A stretch of DNA of 64,000 nt, taken from NCBI GenBank assembly GCA_963836075.1, contig CAWIIB010000009.1, positions 3,040,001 to 3,104,000 on the forward strand, read 5' to 3'. Below are positions 19,031 to 29,009 of the stretch, one piece after another; the first letter of the stretch is position 1; each line of letters begins with the position of its first letter. Origin of the DNA: an uncultured Acidobacteriota bacterium (lineage in GTDB: Bacteria; Acidobacteriota; JAQAZP01). The position numbers and the translations under genes were made by a program. Below the pieces are notes generated by a model. The model was given only the letters and a program-made list of their open reading frames with translations. It was not told the DNA's origin and made no database searches.

Positions 19031-20509
19031 ATGAACAGCGAAAAGATGGTCCGCAGCCGGATCCTGATGGTTGCCATATGCTGCTCTGCCGTCCTGATCA
19101 CTGATCCCGCTGCGGTCTGGCCGGCCGACGATCCGGCGCTGGTCACCTCCACCGCGGAGCAGCGGGAGGAGTTGGCCCTCACCGTGTACAACCAGGGCTT
19201 CGGGCTGGTGAGCGACGTTCGCCGGGTGGACCTTCCCCGAGGTTCGTTCCAGATGCGCTGGGCCGACGTAGCGCAGCAGCTGGACCCGGACTCGGTGGCC
19301 CTGGTCCAGCCGGGAGGGGCGGAGGGGCTGACCGTGTTGGAGCAGTTCTACGACGACGACCTTGTGGCGCCGGCCCGCCTGATGGAGTTTTACGTCGGCC
19401 GGGAGATCACCCTGGTGCAGGAGGACCGGGACCTGCGGGAGAAACGGATCACGGCGCGGCTGCTCAGCACGTCCGGCCCCACCGTGGAGGTGGACGGCGC
19501 GGTGGTGCTGGGACATCCGGGCCGGGTGGAGCTGCCGGAACTGCCGCCGGGACTGCTGCTCCGGCCGGCCCTGGGCTGGCTGGCCCACAGCGGGGAAGCG
19601 GCCGGTCCGACGCTGCTGGAGGCCCGCTATCTCACCGGGGGGATCGGTTGGACCGCCGTCTACCGGTTGGGGCTGAACCGGGACGAGGATGCGGCCGATC
19701 TTGCCGGCTGGGTGTCGGTGGAGAACCGCAGCGGCACCGACTTCCCGGGTGCCCTCCTGCGGCTGGTGGCCGGCGACGTGAACCGCATTGCCCCCGCGGC
19801 CCGGCACGACTCCCGGGCAAAGATACTTCGGGCCCCGGCGGCGGAGATGGACTATGCCGCTGAAGCGGGCGCCGGTTTCGGCGAGGAGGCGCTCTCGGGG
19901 TATCATCTGTACACTCTGGAGCGGCCGGCCGCTGTGCTGGACAACCGGACCACCCGTATCGCCCTTGCCGAGGCGTCCGGTGTGCCGGTGACTCGGCAGC
20001 TGGTGTTGCGCGGGAATCCCGCCCACTCACGCAACCGGTACGGGGAGCCGCAGCAGGAGCCGGTGGCCGTGGTGTTGCGACTGGGCAACAGCGAGAAAAA
20101 CGGGCTGGGGCGGCCCCTGCCCGCCGGGGTCTGGCAGGTGTTCAAGGAGGACGCCTCCGGCACGCAGCTCTTTATCGGTGAGAATCGCATCGGCCACTCG
20201 GCGCGGGGAACCGAAGTGGTGATCGGAGTGGGCCACAGCTTCGACGTCACCGCCGAGCGGGTGCAGACCGACTACCGCAAGCTGAGCAATGTGCGCTGGG
20301 ACGTGGAGACGGCCTGGCGGATCACCCTGCGCAACGGCAGCGCCCGCGGCGTGGAGGTGCTGGTGCGCGAACCGGTGCAGGGTCAGTGGGAGCTCCGCAG
20401 CGCCAGCCAGGAGCACACCCGGGTGGACGCGACCACGCTGGGGTTCGAGGTGCCGGTGGCCGCCGGGTCTTCCACGGTGCTGGAATACCGCGTGGCGATC
20501 GACTGGTAG
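19031..20509 (+). CDS. DUF4139/DUF4140 domain exported protein
   Basis: LALTVYNQGFGLVSD.R, YLTGGIGW.A.Y, N.SGTDF..A.L.LVAGDVN, YHLYTL.RP, PLPAG. Confidence 0.85.
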   Translation: MNSEKMVRSRILMVAICCSAVLITDPAAVWPADDPALVTSTAEQREELALTVYNQGFGLVSDVRRVDLPRGSFQMRWADVAQQLDPDSVALVQPGGAEGLTVLEQFYDDDLVAPARLMEFYVGREITLVQEDRDLREKRITARLLSTSGPTVEVDGAVVLGHPGRVELPELPPGLLLRPALGWLAHSGEAAGPTLLEARYLTGGIGWTAVYRLGLNRDEDAADLAGWVSVENRSGTDFPGALLRLVAGDVNRIAPAARHDSRAKILRAPAAEMDYAAEAGAGFGEEALSGYHLYTLERPAAVLDNRTTRIALAEASGVPVTRQLVLRGNPAHSRNRYGEPQQEPVAVVLRLGNSEKNGLGRPLPAGVWQVFKEDASGTQLFIGENRIGHSARGTEVVIGVGHSFDVTAERVQTDYRKLSNVRWDVETAWRITLRNGSARGVEVLVREPVQGQWELRSASQEHTRVDATTLGFEVPVAAGSSTVLEYRVAIDW

Positions 20510-20556
20510 GAATCCTCGCCACAGGTCAGGGGGCCGGCGGGGCAAGGGGAGACGCG

Positions 20557-22302
20557 ATGGAAGCGAAGTCCGGATACGTGCTCGGGGTCAACTTCAGCCA
20601 CGACCGCTCGGCCTGTCTGCTGCGGGACGGCGAGATCGTCACCGCGGTGGCCGAGGAGCGCCTGGACCGCATCAAGCGTTCCGAGGGGTGCCTCTACGTG
20701 CGGGGCCGCAAGGGCGGCCGGACCATGCCCAACTTCGCCATCGCGTACTGCCTCGATGCCGCCGGCATCGGCATTGACGACCTCGACCTGCTGGTCATCG
20801 ACCACGCCCTGACCCCGGTGGACCTTCCGTTCCTGCGGCGGATGATCCCGATGAAGGACAAGCAGCGCATCCGTGCGCTGCCCCACCCCTCGCACCACCT
20901 GGCCCACGCGGCCACCGTCTACCACACCTCGGGCTTTGACGAAGCGGCGGTGCTGGTGGCCGACGCCTTCGGCAGCACCACCCGGGCCGGAGTGGAGTGC
21001 GAGACCGGGTTCAGCGCCCGGGGACCGGTGATCGAGCCGGTGTTCCGGAACTTCCAGACCAACCAGCGGGCGCAGTTCCTCTGCCTCACCGGCATGTACC
21101 GGCTGGTGACCCAGATCCTCGGCTTTGTGGTCCCGGATCAGCCCGACCAGCGGGCGCTGGCCCTGGACGATGCGGGCAAGACCATGGGGCTGGCAGCCCA
21201 CGGGGCGGCCCGTGATGACTGGCCGCCCTTTATCAGGTTTCCCAACCGGGGGAAGGCCGACGGCTCTCCGGTGATGATGGACTTTTCCGGTGTGCTGGAC
21301 TGGCTGGAGCAGCAGGAACTGATCTCCTTCAACCGGGACCAGCGGACGGGGCGGATGATCCTCGACATCGCCATCCGCGAACACGATGAACCACTCACCG
21401 GCCTGCACCGCGACCTGGCCACCCGGGTGCAGGAGGAGTTCACCACGGCGATGATCGCCATCGTCCGGGAACTGCACCGGATCACCGGCCAGCCCCGGCT
21501 CTGCCTCTCCGGCGGAGCGGCGCTGAACTCGGTGGCCAACACCCGGATCGTCGATGAGACACCCTTTGAAGAGGTGTTCATCTTTCCCGCCGGCACCGAC
21601 GACGGCAACGCCTTGGGCTGCGCCTACCAGGGCCACTACCAGATGCTGGACCAGCCCTGGTCGCCGCGGCCGCTGGCCTCGCCGTTCCTCGGGATCGAAT
21701 ACGGCGAGGAGCAGTGCCGCCAGGCCGCCGCCGGTCTCGGACTGCTGCCGAAGAAAGCGGGCAGCGACGAGGAGATCGTGGAGTGGGCCGCCGGGGCGCT
21801 GGACGCGGGAAAGGTGGTGGGCTGGTTCCAGGGCGGCAGCGAGATCGGCCCGCGGGCACTGGGCCACCGCAGCCTGCTGGCCGACCCGCGACGGCCGGAA
21901 TCGGTGGAGTCGCTGAACAGGGCGATCAAGTTCCGCGAGCCGTTCCGTCCCTACGCCCCCAGCGTGATCGAGGAACGGCAGGCCGAGTTCTTCCAGCTGG
22001 ACCGGCCCAGCCCCTACATGTTGCTGGTGGCGCCGGTTCGCCCTGAAAAGCGGGCGGCCATTCCGGCGGTGACCCATGTGGACGGGACAGCCCGGGTTCA
22101 GACGGTGAGCCGCGCCGGCGACCCGCTCTACCACCGCCTCATCGAGCGTTTCGGGGAGCTGAGCGGCATACCGCTGCTGCTAAACACCTCGATGAACCGT
22201 GCGGGTGAGCCGATGGTGGAGTCGCCGGTGGACGCGGCGCGCCTGTTCAGGGGCACCAAGCTGGATGCGATGGTGCTGGGCCGATTCTATTTCGAGAAAT
22301 GA
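20557..22302 (+). CDS. Carbamoyltransferase (CmcH/NodU/TobZ family)
   Basis: HDRSACL, EERLDRIK, HHLAHA, GKTMGLA, SGGAALNSVAN, E.GPRALGHRS, FREPFRPYAP, HVDGTARVQT, LLNTS.N; start ATG 20557. Confidence 0.93.
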   Translation: MEAKSGYVLGVNFSHDRSACLLRDGEIVTAVAEERLDRIKRSEGCLYVRGRKGGRTMPNFAIAYCLDAAGIGIDDLDLLVIDHALTPVDLPFLRRMIPMKDKQRIRALPHPSHHLAHAATVYHTSGFDEAAVLVADAFGSTTRAGVECETGFSARGPVIEPVFRNFQTNQRAQFLCLTGMYRLVTQILGFVVPDQPDQRALALDDAGKTMGLAAHGAARDDWPPFIRFPNRGKADGSPVMMDFSGVLDWLEQQELISFNRDQRTGRMILDIAIREHDEPLTGLHRDLATRVQEEFTTAMIAIVRELHRITGQPRLCLSGGAALNSVANTRIVDETPFEEVFIFPAGTDDGNALGCAYQGHYQMLDQPWSPRPLASPFLGIEYGEEQCRQAAAGLGLLPKKAGSDEEIVEWAAGALDAGKVVGWFQGGSEIGPRALGHRSLLADPRRPESVESLNRAIKFREPFRPYAPSVIEERQAEFFQLDRPSPYMLLVAPVRPEKRAAIPAVTHVDGTARVQTVSRAGDPLYHRLIERFGELSGIPLLLNTSMNRAGEPMVESPVDAARLFRGTKLDAMVLGRFYFEK

Positions 22303-22333
22303 ACCGCAGATTTCACAATAATTCCAGGAGAGG

Positions 22334-22597
22334 GTGAGCCGCAGAATGTCCGACATACAGAAAATCATCGTGGCCCTGAACAGCATCAAGGTGGGGGATC
22401 TTGACCTGATCAAGGAAAAACTGACCGAGATCCGTGGCGACCTCCTGACCGCCGGCCTTGATGACCAGGCCGGAATCCTCGAAATGGCCCTCGACGCCCT
22501 GGCCGGCGGGCGCATACCGGAGTTTCGCAAGTTGATGGCCCGGGCCACCGCTGAACTGGGGCACTGCAAGGGGCGGCGCGGTCCCAGGGGCGATTGA
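22334..22597 (+). CDS. Small hypothetical helical protein
   Basis: AGGAG RBS; amphipathic helical sequence; start may be ATG 22346. Confidence 0.5.
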   Translation: MSRRMSDIQKIIVALNSIKVGDLDLIKEKLTEIRGDLLTAGLDDQAGILEMALDALAGGRIPEFRKLMARATAELGHCKGRRGPRGD

Positions 22598-22783
22598 GTG
22601 GACAGTTCAAGTCCCGAATCTCACGAATGTAAACCCCCTTGGTAGGCAATCAAGTGCCGACAGTGGGAAAAGATATTCTCCTCCCATTGGACTCTCCTGA
22701 AAGCTGCCATTTCTTAACACTGTTAACTCTTTGAGGCTCTATTAAATCTCATTATTTCTCCCCTTGGGGTTTTACGCTTGCAG

Positions 22784-22799
22784 TGGCACAGCAATTGCT
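22784..22799 (+). promoter_or_regulatory. Sigma54 promoter upstream of qhp-like cassette 1
   Basis: TGGCACAGCAATTGCT, near-consensus -24/-12; nested in TTGCAG-N17-TATAAA (22778-22806). Confidence 0.7.
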
Positions 22800-22805
22800 T
22801 TATAA

Positions 22806-22818
22806 AATCAACAAGTTG
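22806..22818 (+). promoter_or_regulatory. IHF consensus site (second copy at 27911-27923)
   Basis: AATCAACAAGTTG matches WATCAANNNNTTR in both cassettes. Confidence 0.5.
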
Positions 22819-22974
22819 TTGTGTTTTTGCGCTTTCTGAGGAATGAGCCCGAGTTTCTTTAATGGCTTCATTTCACGGCCTCCCGTGGCCCCCGGCCCTT
22901 GAGAACCCCGGTTTAGACCATTCACCTGATCTGCGCGCTTGTTTTACTAACTCCAAACCAAAGGAGAACCAGCC

Positions 22975-23862
22975 ATGGGAATTCATCGGTCACTCCGGAT
23001 GGTCGCCGTCGCCTGCATCGTCATGCTGGCCTGGGCGCCACTGGGAGCCTGGCAGGGTGTTGCCCGGGAGGGTACGCCCCTGCCGTCGAACACCACGCAT
23101 CTGGCGGTTCAGCTGACCACGCAGCAGCCGGTCAGCCCCACCCCGGGGATTCCCGAACGGGTCTACCCGGTGGACGCCTACAACCAGGGGAGCGACATCT
23201 GGCTCGCCATCCCGTCATCGGTTGCCGGCACGGACTTCGCCGGAGCCACGGTGCGGGTCTGCATCACGCCCCACCGGACCGTGCTGGACGGCTGGACGGA
23301 CGGCGCCGGGATCAAGGACTGCAGCGGCGGTTTCGAGACGGTGATGCTGCAGGCGGGGAGTTCGGCGGACAACTACGTGCTGGGCTGGAGCGGAGCCTGC
23401 ACCCTCGGCCGCTACGATGTGATCGTCGACTTCGAACCCTTTGGTGTCTACAACCTCGGCCGGGACATGATCGACCACGCCGGAATCGGCGGCTTCCAGG
23501 TGCTGGACAGCCGGGCCATCGACTACGTGCTGATCAGCCCCGATCGTGGGTGCGCCCGGATCATCGGCAACCAGTCCTACGTGGGCGGGCTCTACGAGCC
23601 GACCGAGGAGTTCGTACTCAACAGCTGGAACAACGGGATCAACGGGATTCCCGAGTACGGCGGCGGCGACGACGTGTTCGAGGGCATCCTTGCCGCCACC
23701 TGGTCCACCACGGTGGGCGGCAGCGTGGGCCGCATCGATTCGAGCACCGGTCTTTACGTGGCCGGGGGCTTCACCGGTGAAGGCGACGTCACGGCCTTCG
23801 CTTTCGGCGGCTGGACCGACACGGCATATGTCATGAGCACCACCCCCTCCTGGGTGCCGTAA
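22975..23862 (+). CDS. Heme-less QhpA-like protein (signal peptide, unknown domain, QHNDH alpha domain IV-like C-terminus), copy 1
   Basis: ISPDRGCARI...WNNGING.P..GGGDD...G...ATWS...VGRIDSSTGLY...GDVTA...TTPSW resembles QhpA domain IV; no CxxCH; directly upstream of a qhpC-like gene. Confidence 0.65.
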   Translation: MGIHRSLRMVAVACIVMLAWAPLGAWQGVAREGTPLPSNTTHLAVQLTTQQPVSPTPGIPERVYPVDAYNQGSDIWLAIPSSVAGTDFAGATVRVCITPHRTVLDGWTDGAGIKDCSGGFETVMLQAGSSADNYVLGWSGACTLGRYDVIVDFEPFGVYNLGRDMIDHAGIGGFQVLDSRAIDYVLISPDRGCARIIGNQSYVGGLYEPTEEFVLNSWNNGINGIPEYGGGDDVFEGILAATWSTTVGGSVGRIDSSTGLYVAGGFTGEGDVTAFAFGGWTDTAYVMSTTPSWVP

Positions 23863-23903
23863 AAAATCGTCCCTCCGGGCTTTGCTTCAAGGAGAGAAAC
23901 ACG

Positions 23904-24200
23904 ATGAAACATCTCAAGCCCCTGAACAAGCGGGCGATGAAACTGAGCGGCGACGAGGATCGCCCCGACGTCTTCGGCTACGCCTGCAGCATCTGCTGCA
24001 CGGCCTGGGCCCCGGGCTGGGAGGTGGGCGACGATCCGTATCCCGTCGACCCCTGCCCCTGGATGAGCGACCTGTCGCTCTGCTGGGTCACCTGCTACTG
24101 GACCGGCCAGGTGGCCGACGACACGGCGGAACCCAACTGGCTCGACGACTGTTCCCTGGTCTCCGAAGACTGGGTCCGTATCTGCGTGGTCCCCGACTGA
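23904..24200 (+). CDS. qhpC: QhpC-like (QHNDH gamma subunit) CTQ/thioether precursor peptide, copy 1
   Basis: Leader MKHLKPLNKRA; core C-x8(PGW)-E, C-x4-D-L-x2-C-x3-C-Y-W-x2-QVAD, PNW, DW; AGGAG RBS. Confidence 0.9.
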   Translation: MKHLKPLNKRAMKLSGDEDRPDVFGYACSICCTAWAPGWEVGDDPYPVDPCPWMSDLSLCWVTCYWTGQVADDTAEPNWLDDCSLVSEDWVRICVVPD

Positions 24201-24228
24201 TCACAGCGGCATATCCTGGAGGAAATCG

Positions 24229-25287
24229 ATGCAATCACGAAAAAGTTTCAGGATCCCGCGGGTCAGGGGACGATTCCCCGCCGTGTGGCTCTGCGCGTGC
24301 CTGCTGCTCACCCTGGCGGCGGCACCCGCTCTTGCGGGACAGCGCACCATCTTCGCCGGGGGCAACCACATCATGGTCATCGACGAGGCGACCATGAACG
24401 TGTTGGGCCAGATCCCGGTGCAGAAACATATCCACCAGCTGGTGGTGGACCAGGCCCGCGAACGGCTTTACGCCGCGCACAGCGGCGGGGTGGAGATCTT
24501 CAACGCCCGGTCTTACGCCTCGCTGGGCTTCTTTGCTGAGGACCCGGCCCGGCGGCTGGAGCTGAGCGCCGACGGCAATACGCTCTACGCCCTGACCCAC
24601 CCGATCCTGGTCAACGCCGACGGGCAGAAGCACGCCGGTGAATACGCGATCCAGATCATCGACCTGGTGCAGAGCAAGGTCAGCGGCTCGGTGAACCTGG
24701 GCTACGATATCTTTGACGCGGTGGTGGACCCGGTCAACGGCAAGGTGTTCGCCATGAAACGGTTCGACCGTTCGCTTTCCGTGCACAGCCTGGCCGAGGG
24801 CAAGCGGGTGGCCACGGTGAACGTGGCTTCGAACTTCGACCCGATGAAGGTCAACCTGCTGCACTTCATGTCCTCGAGCCCCGACGGGCAGCACCTCTAC
24901 GTGCCGCAGCACGGGGCATCGGCCTGTGTCTTCGACGTGGATACCCAGTCCGGCGCGTCGCGGCCCATCGACCTCGGCGGCGAGTATTTCATCCGCGACT
25001 CCCAGGTCTCGCCCGACGGGCGGAGCCTCTTCCTGCTCACTGCCGACCAGGTGATGGTGGTGGACACGGTGGGTCGGAGGGTGGCGGCCTCCGCGCCGCT
25101 GGAGGAGGTCTACATCGGCCTCGACCTCAGTGCCGACGGCTCCCGGGCCTACCTCAGCAACCCGCTGCACGGGGACGGCAGCGCCGGCAACCTGCTGGTG
25201 CTCGACGCCCGCTCACTCAAGGAGAGGGGGATGGTGGCGACCCCCGGCTTGTCCCTGTTCACGGCAGCTGCCTTCGAGCGTGACTGA
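24229..25287 (+). CDS. QhpB-like/YVTN beta-propeller, copy 1
   Basis: Signal peptide; repeated S(A/P)DG..LY blades; follows qhpC as qhpB does. Confidence 0.75.
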   Translation: MQSRKSFRIPRVRGRFPAVWLCACLLLTLAAAPALAGQRTIFAGGNHIMVIDEATMNVLGQIPVQKHIHQLVVDQARERLYAAHSGGVEIFNARSYASLGFFAEDPARRLELSADGNTLYALTHPILVNADGQKHAGEYAIQIIDLVQSKVSGSVNLGYDIFDAVVDPVNGKVFAMKRFDRSLSVHSLAEGKRVATVNVASNFDPMKVNLLHFMSSSPDGQHLYVPQHGASACVFDVDTQSGASRPIDLGGEYFIRDSQVSPDGRSLFLLTADQVMVVDTVGRRVAASAPLEEVYIGLDLSADGSRAYLSNPLHGDGSAGNLLVLDARSLKERGMVATPGLSLFTAAAFERD

Positions 25288-25308
25288 AGTTAGGAAGGAA
25301 AGAAGATC

Positions 25309-27690
25309 ATGAGCACTTGTTCCAAACGATTTCTGACCGTCCTGCTCACGCTGTGGGCGGTGGGGGCGCTCTGCGTCGTCCCGGCCCAGGCCGGGTTCGA
25401 AAAGATCGTTCTCGACGGCGGCGTGAACGGACCGAAGTCCATCCAGGTGGTGGACCTTGACGGGGTCAACGGCCTCGACATACTGGCGGTCCACGCCTTT
25501 GACGACCGGGTGGTGTGGTATGAGAACCTCGGCAACGAGGTCTACTCCATGCACAGCATCGGCACGATGAGCAACCCCTCGTCGGTGGCCGCGGGCGACC
25601 TGAACAACGACGGGTCTCTCGACCTGGTGGTGACCAGTTTCTCCGTCGGTCCCGAAAACTGGTATGTCTCCTACTACCTCAACGACGGCAGCGAGAACTT
25701 CACCCAGCACACCGTAGACAGCACCATGATGGGCGCCGAGGAAGTGGTGCTGGCCCATCTCGACAGCGGCACCAGTCTCGATATCGCGGTGGTGGGCTAC
25801 GAGTCGGACACCGTTGCCTGGTACAAGAACGACGGCGCGGCAACGCCGAGTTTCACCCGGCAGATCATCGCCAGCGACAAGGTCCAGTCCGAGTCGATCG
25901 ACGCTGCGGACCTCGACGGCGACGGTGACATCGACCTGGTGACCTCCGCCTTCCTGGACAACGAGATCCTCTGGTGGGAAAACTCCGGCGGCGCTTCGCC
26001 GACCTTCACCGAGCACGTGGCCTCGGGCCTGGTCAACGGCCCCAAGGACGTGGGTTTCGCCAATGTCGACGGCGACGGCGACCTGGACATCGTGGCCGTC
26101 TCCTTTTTCGATGACGAGGTGGTCTGGCTGGAGAACAACGGCCTCGAAACCTTCACCACCATCGTGGCCGGCGCCACGGCGCTCGGCCCGGTGGCCGTGG
26201 ACGCCGCCGACCGCAACGGCGACACCTTCGTCGACCTGGTGGTGTGCTGTTTCGACGGCGACGAGGTTGATTCATTCACCAACGACGGCCTGGAGAACTT
26301 CACCATGACCGTCGTCGACCCCGCCCTGGGCGGCGCCGAGTCACCGGTGGTGGTGGACCTGGACCAGGACGGCGAGGCCGACCTGGTGGCCGCAGGCTTC
26401 TTCGACGACAACATCGTCTGGTATGTCAACCAGGCGATCTTCTACGACGGGTTCACACTGGACGACACCGCCGGCGGCAACGGCGACGGCAACCCCGACC
26501 CGGGCGAGACCATCACCCTGGTGGTGGATATCCGCAACGAGGGGGATGGCACCCTCACCGGCGTCTCTGGCCAGCTGGACTCCAACCAGCCCGGCTACCT
26601 GACCTGGATCGACGACACCGCCAGCTATCCCGACATCCCGCCGGCAAGCAGCGCCTCGAGCAACTCACCGCACTTCAAGTTCACCCTGTCCCAGTCCACC
26701 CCCTGTGGCCAGGCCATCAGCTTCTCCTTTGACATGTTCTCCGACCAGGACAACGGCGGTGACGGCTTTGGCATGGGTATCGGCGGGATCGTCGATGACA
26801 TGGAGAGCGGCGAAGGCGCCTGGACCCATTACGCCGACATCGGCGTCGACGATTGGGCCATTGTGACCGTGGCCGAGGCGCACAGCCCGACCAGTGCCTG
26901 GTATGCCAGCGATGCCCCCGTCGACACCGACAAGAGCCTGATCTCCCCACCGGTGAACATCGCCGGCACCGGGGAATTCCGCTTCTGGCATACCTACAGC
27001 TACGAGAACTACTACGACGGCTGCATTATCGAGATCTCCACCGACGGCGGCTCCAGCTGGGCCGATATCGGCGGTCTGATCACTTCGGGCAACGGTTACA
27101 ACAACACACTGAGTGGCGGTAATCCGCTGGGTGCCGTTGAGGCGTGGTCTGGTGGCAACATCGGTGCCATGGAAGAAGTTGTTGTGGACCTCTCAAGCTA
27201 CAATGGAGAGACGGTGAACATCCGCTTCCACATGGGGTGCGACTACTCCATTGGCAGCACGGGCTGGTATATCGACGATGTGACCCTCGATGACTGCCAG
27301 GTCTACCAGGGCTCCACCATGGACTGCGACTACACCATCACCCCGCTGAGCGGCACCGTGCCGTTCCTGACGGTGCACCGCATCACCCTGTTCAACAACC
27401 TGGCCGGCGGCGCGGTCTACACGCGGCGGATCTCCGGGCGGATCGCGGTGACCATCGCCAACGGCACCACCTACAACCCCTGGCGTGCCGGTTACACCAA
27501 TATCGCGCCGTCCAGCACTTACTACAACCAGTTCCCGGTGAACTTCCCCGGGCTGCCCACGGTGCTGGGGGACAACACCTTCGTCCTCAATGCCATGGAC
27601 GTCACACCGGTGCCCTACAACCAGCCGCCCTATCCGCCGTCCGGCGATACGTGCACCACCACCAACGTGGTCAATGCGCACGCGCCCTAG
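25309..27690 (+). CDS. Secreted FG-GAP/VCBS repeat protein with a jelly-roll (immune inhibitor A/MAM-like) domain and a C-terminal domain, copy 1
   Basis: Signal peptide; ~7 DLDGDGD.D.V...D...W.EN repeats; GNGDG.PDPGET; YDGCIIEISTDGG.SW; GWYIDDV. Confidence 0.8.
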   Translation: MSTCSKRFLTVLLTLWAVGALCVVPAQAGFEKIVLDGGVNGPKSIQVVDLDGVNGLDILAVHAFDDRVVWYENLGNEVYSMHSIGTMSNPSSVAAGDLNNDGSLDLVVTSFSVGPENWYVSYYLNDGSENFTQHTVDSTMMGAEEVVLAHLDSGTSLDIAVVGYESDTVAWYKNDGAATPSFTRQIIASDKVQSESIDAADLDGDGDIDLVTSAFLDNEILWWENSGGASPTFTEHVASGLVNGPKDVGFANVDGDGDLDIVAVSFFDDEVVWLENNGLETFTTIVAGATALGPVAVDAADRNGDTFVDLVVCCFDGDEVDSFTNDGLENFTMTVVDPALGGAESPVVVDLDQDGEADLVAAGFFDDNIVWYVNQAIFYDGFTLDDTAGGNGDGNPDPGETITLVVDIRNEGDGTLTGVSGQLDSNQPGYLTWIDDTASYPDIPPASSASSNSPHFKFTLSQSTPCGQAISFSFDMFSDQDNGGDGFGMGIGGIVDDMESGEGAWTHYADIGVDDWAIVTVAEAHSPTSAWYASDAPVDTDKSLISPPVNIAGTGEFRFWHTYSYENYYDGCIIEISTDGGSSWADIGGLITSGNGYNNTLSGGNPLGAVEAWSGGNIGAMEEVVVDLSSYNGETVNIRFHMGCDYSIGSTGWYIDDVTLDDCQVYQGSTMDCDYTITPLSGTVPFLTVHRITLFNNLAGGAVYTRRISGRIAVTIANGTTYNPWRAGYTNIAPSSTYYNQFPVNFPGLPTVLGDNTFVLNAMDVTPVPYNQPPYPPSGDTCTTTNVVNAHAP

Positions 27691-27717
27691 AAGCCGGCGG
27701 TAACTTCGGTACACACC

Positions 27718-27749
27718 AGGCCCCCGGGAGCGATCCCGGGGGCCTTTTT
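27718..27749 (+). terminator. Intrinsic terminator of cassette 1
   Basis: AGGCCCCCGGGA-gcga-TCCCGGGGGCCTTTTT. Confidence 0.9.
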
Positions 27750-28080
27750 ACATGCGTTCAATCCCAGTGGCAGAGCATGGAATGAGCGATAGGGCACCAC
27801 CGCCTGGCCGGACGCATTGGCGATGTTATGTAAAGCTTTGAAAAAAATAGGACTATTTTTACTGTTGATACGACTCCGACTTGCACAAGAACGACAATTG
27901 CTTTATATATAATCAACAAGTTGTTGGTTTTTTGGCGCTTTTTGAGGAATGAGCCCGAGTTTCTTTAATGGCTTCATTTCACGGCCTCCCGCGGCCCCCG
28001 GCCTTTGAGACTCAAGGTATTCACCATTCACCTGATCTGCGCACCTGTTCTGCTAACTCCAAACCAAAGGAGAACCAGCC

Positions 28081-28968
28081 ATGGGAATTCATCGGTCACT
28101 CCGGATGGTCGCCGTCGCCTGCATCGTCATGCTGGCCTGGGCGCCACTGGGAGCCTGGCAGGGTGTTGCCCGGGAGGGTACGCCCCTGCCGTCGAACACC
28201 ACGCATCTGGCGGTTCAGCTGACCACGCAGCAGCCGGTCAGCCCCACCCCGGGGATTCCCGAACGGGTCTACCCGGTGGACGCCTACAACCAGGGGAGCG
28301 ACATCTGGCTCGCCATCCCGTCATCGGTTGCCGGCACGGACTTCGCCGGAGCCACGGTGCGGGTCTGCATCACGCCCCACCGGACCGTGCTGGACGGCTG
28401 GACGGACGGCGCCGGGATCAAGGACTGCAGCGACGGTTTCGAGACGGTGATGCTGCAGGCGGGGAGTTCGGCGGACAACTACGTGCTGGGCTGGAGCGGA
28501 GCCTGCACCCTCGGCCGCTACGATGTGATCGTCGACTTCGAACCCTTTGGTGTCTACAACCTCGGCCGGGACATGATCGACCACGCCGGAATCGGCGGCT
28601 TCCAGGTGCTGGACAGCCGGGCCATCGACTACGTGCTGATCAGCCCCGATCGTGGGTGCGCCCGGATCATCGGCAACCAGTCTTACGTGGGCGGGCTCTA
28701 CGAGCCGACCGAAGAGTTGGTACTCAACAGCTGGAACAACGGGATCAACGGGATTCCCGAGTACGGCGGCGGCGACGACGTGTTCGAGGGCATCCTTGCC
28801 GCCACCTGGTCCACCACGGTGGGCGGCAGCGTGGGCCGCATCGATTCGAGCACCGGTCTGTACGTGGCCGGGGGCTTCACCGGTGAAGGCGACGTCACGG
28901 CCTTCGCTTTCGGCGGCTGGACCGACACGGCATATGTCATGAGCACCACCCCCTCCTGGGTGCCGTAA
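28081..28968 (+). CDS. Heme-less QhpA-like protein, copy 2
   Basis: Two amino acid differences from copy 1 (SGG>SDG, EEFV>EELV). Confidence 0.65.
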   Translation: MGIHRSLRMVAVACIVMLAWAPLGAWQGVAREGTPLPSNTTHLAVQLTTQQPVSPTPGIPERVYPVDAYNQGSDIWLAIPSSVAGTDFAGATVRVCITPHRTVLDGWTDGAGIKDCSDGFETVMLQAGSSADNYVLGWSGACTLGRYDVIVDFEPFGVYNLGRDMIDHAGIGGFQVLDSRAIDYVLISPDRGCARIIGNQSYVGGLYEPTEELVLNSWNNGINGIPEYGGGDDVFEGILAATWSTTVGGSVGRIDSSTGLYVAGGFTGEGDVTAFAFGGWTDTAYVMSTTPSWVP

Positions 28969-29009
28969 AAAATCGTCCCTCCGGGCTTTGCTTCAAGGAG
29001 AGAAACACG

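Larger units (their letters stand above)
22792..27786 (+). repeat. ~5.0 kb tandem duplication, copy 1 (alpha-like, gamma, beta, FG-GAP protein, terminator)
   Basis: Co-linear with 27895-32895 at offsets of 5103-5109 nt; shared sequence ends at ...GCATGGAATGAG. Confidence 0.95.

Noticed and set aside
23904-24200. Cys-rich peptides as SCIFF/ranthipeptide, sactipeptide or lanthipeptide bacteriocin precursors
   Set aside because: The leader and the PGWE/C..W..QVAD/PNW core match QhpC, and alpha- and beta-like genes flank them.
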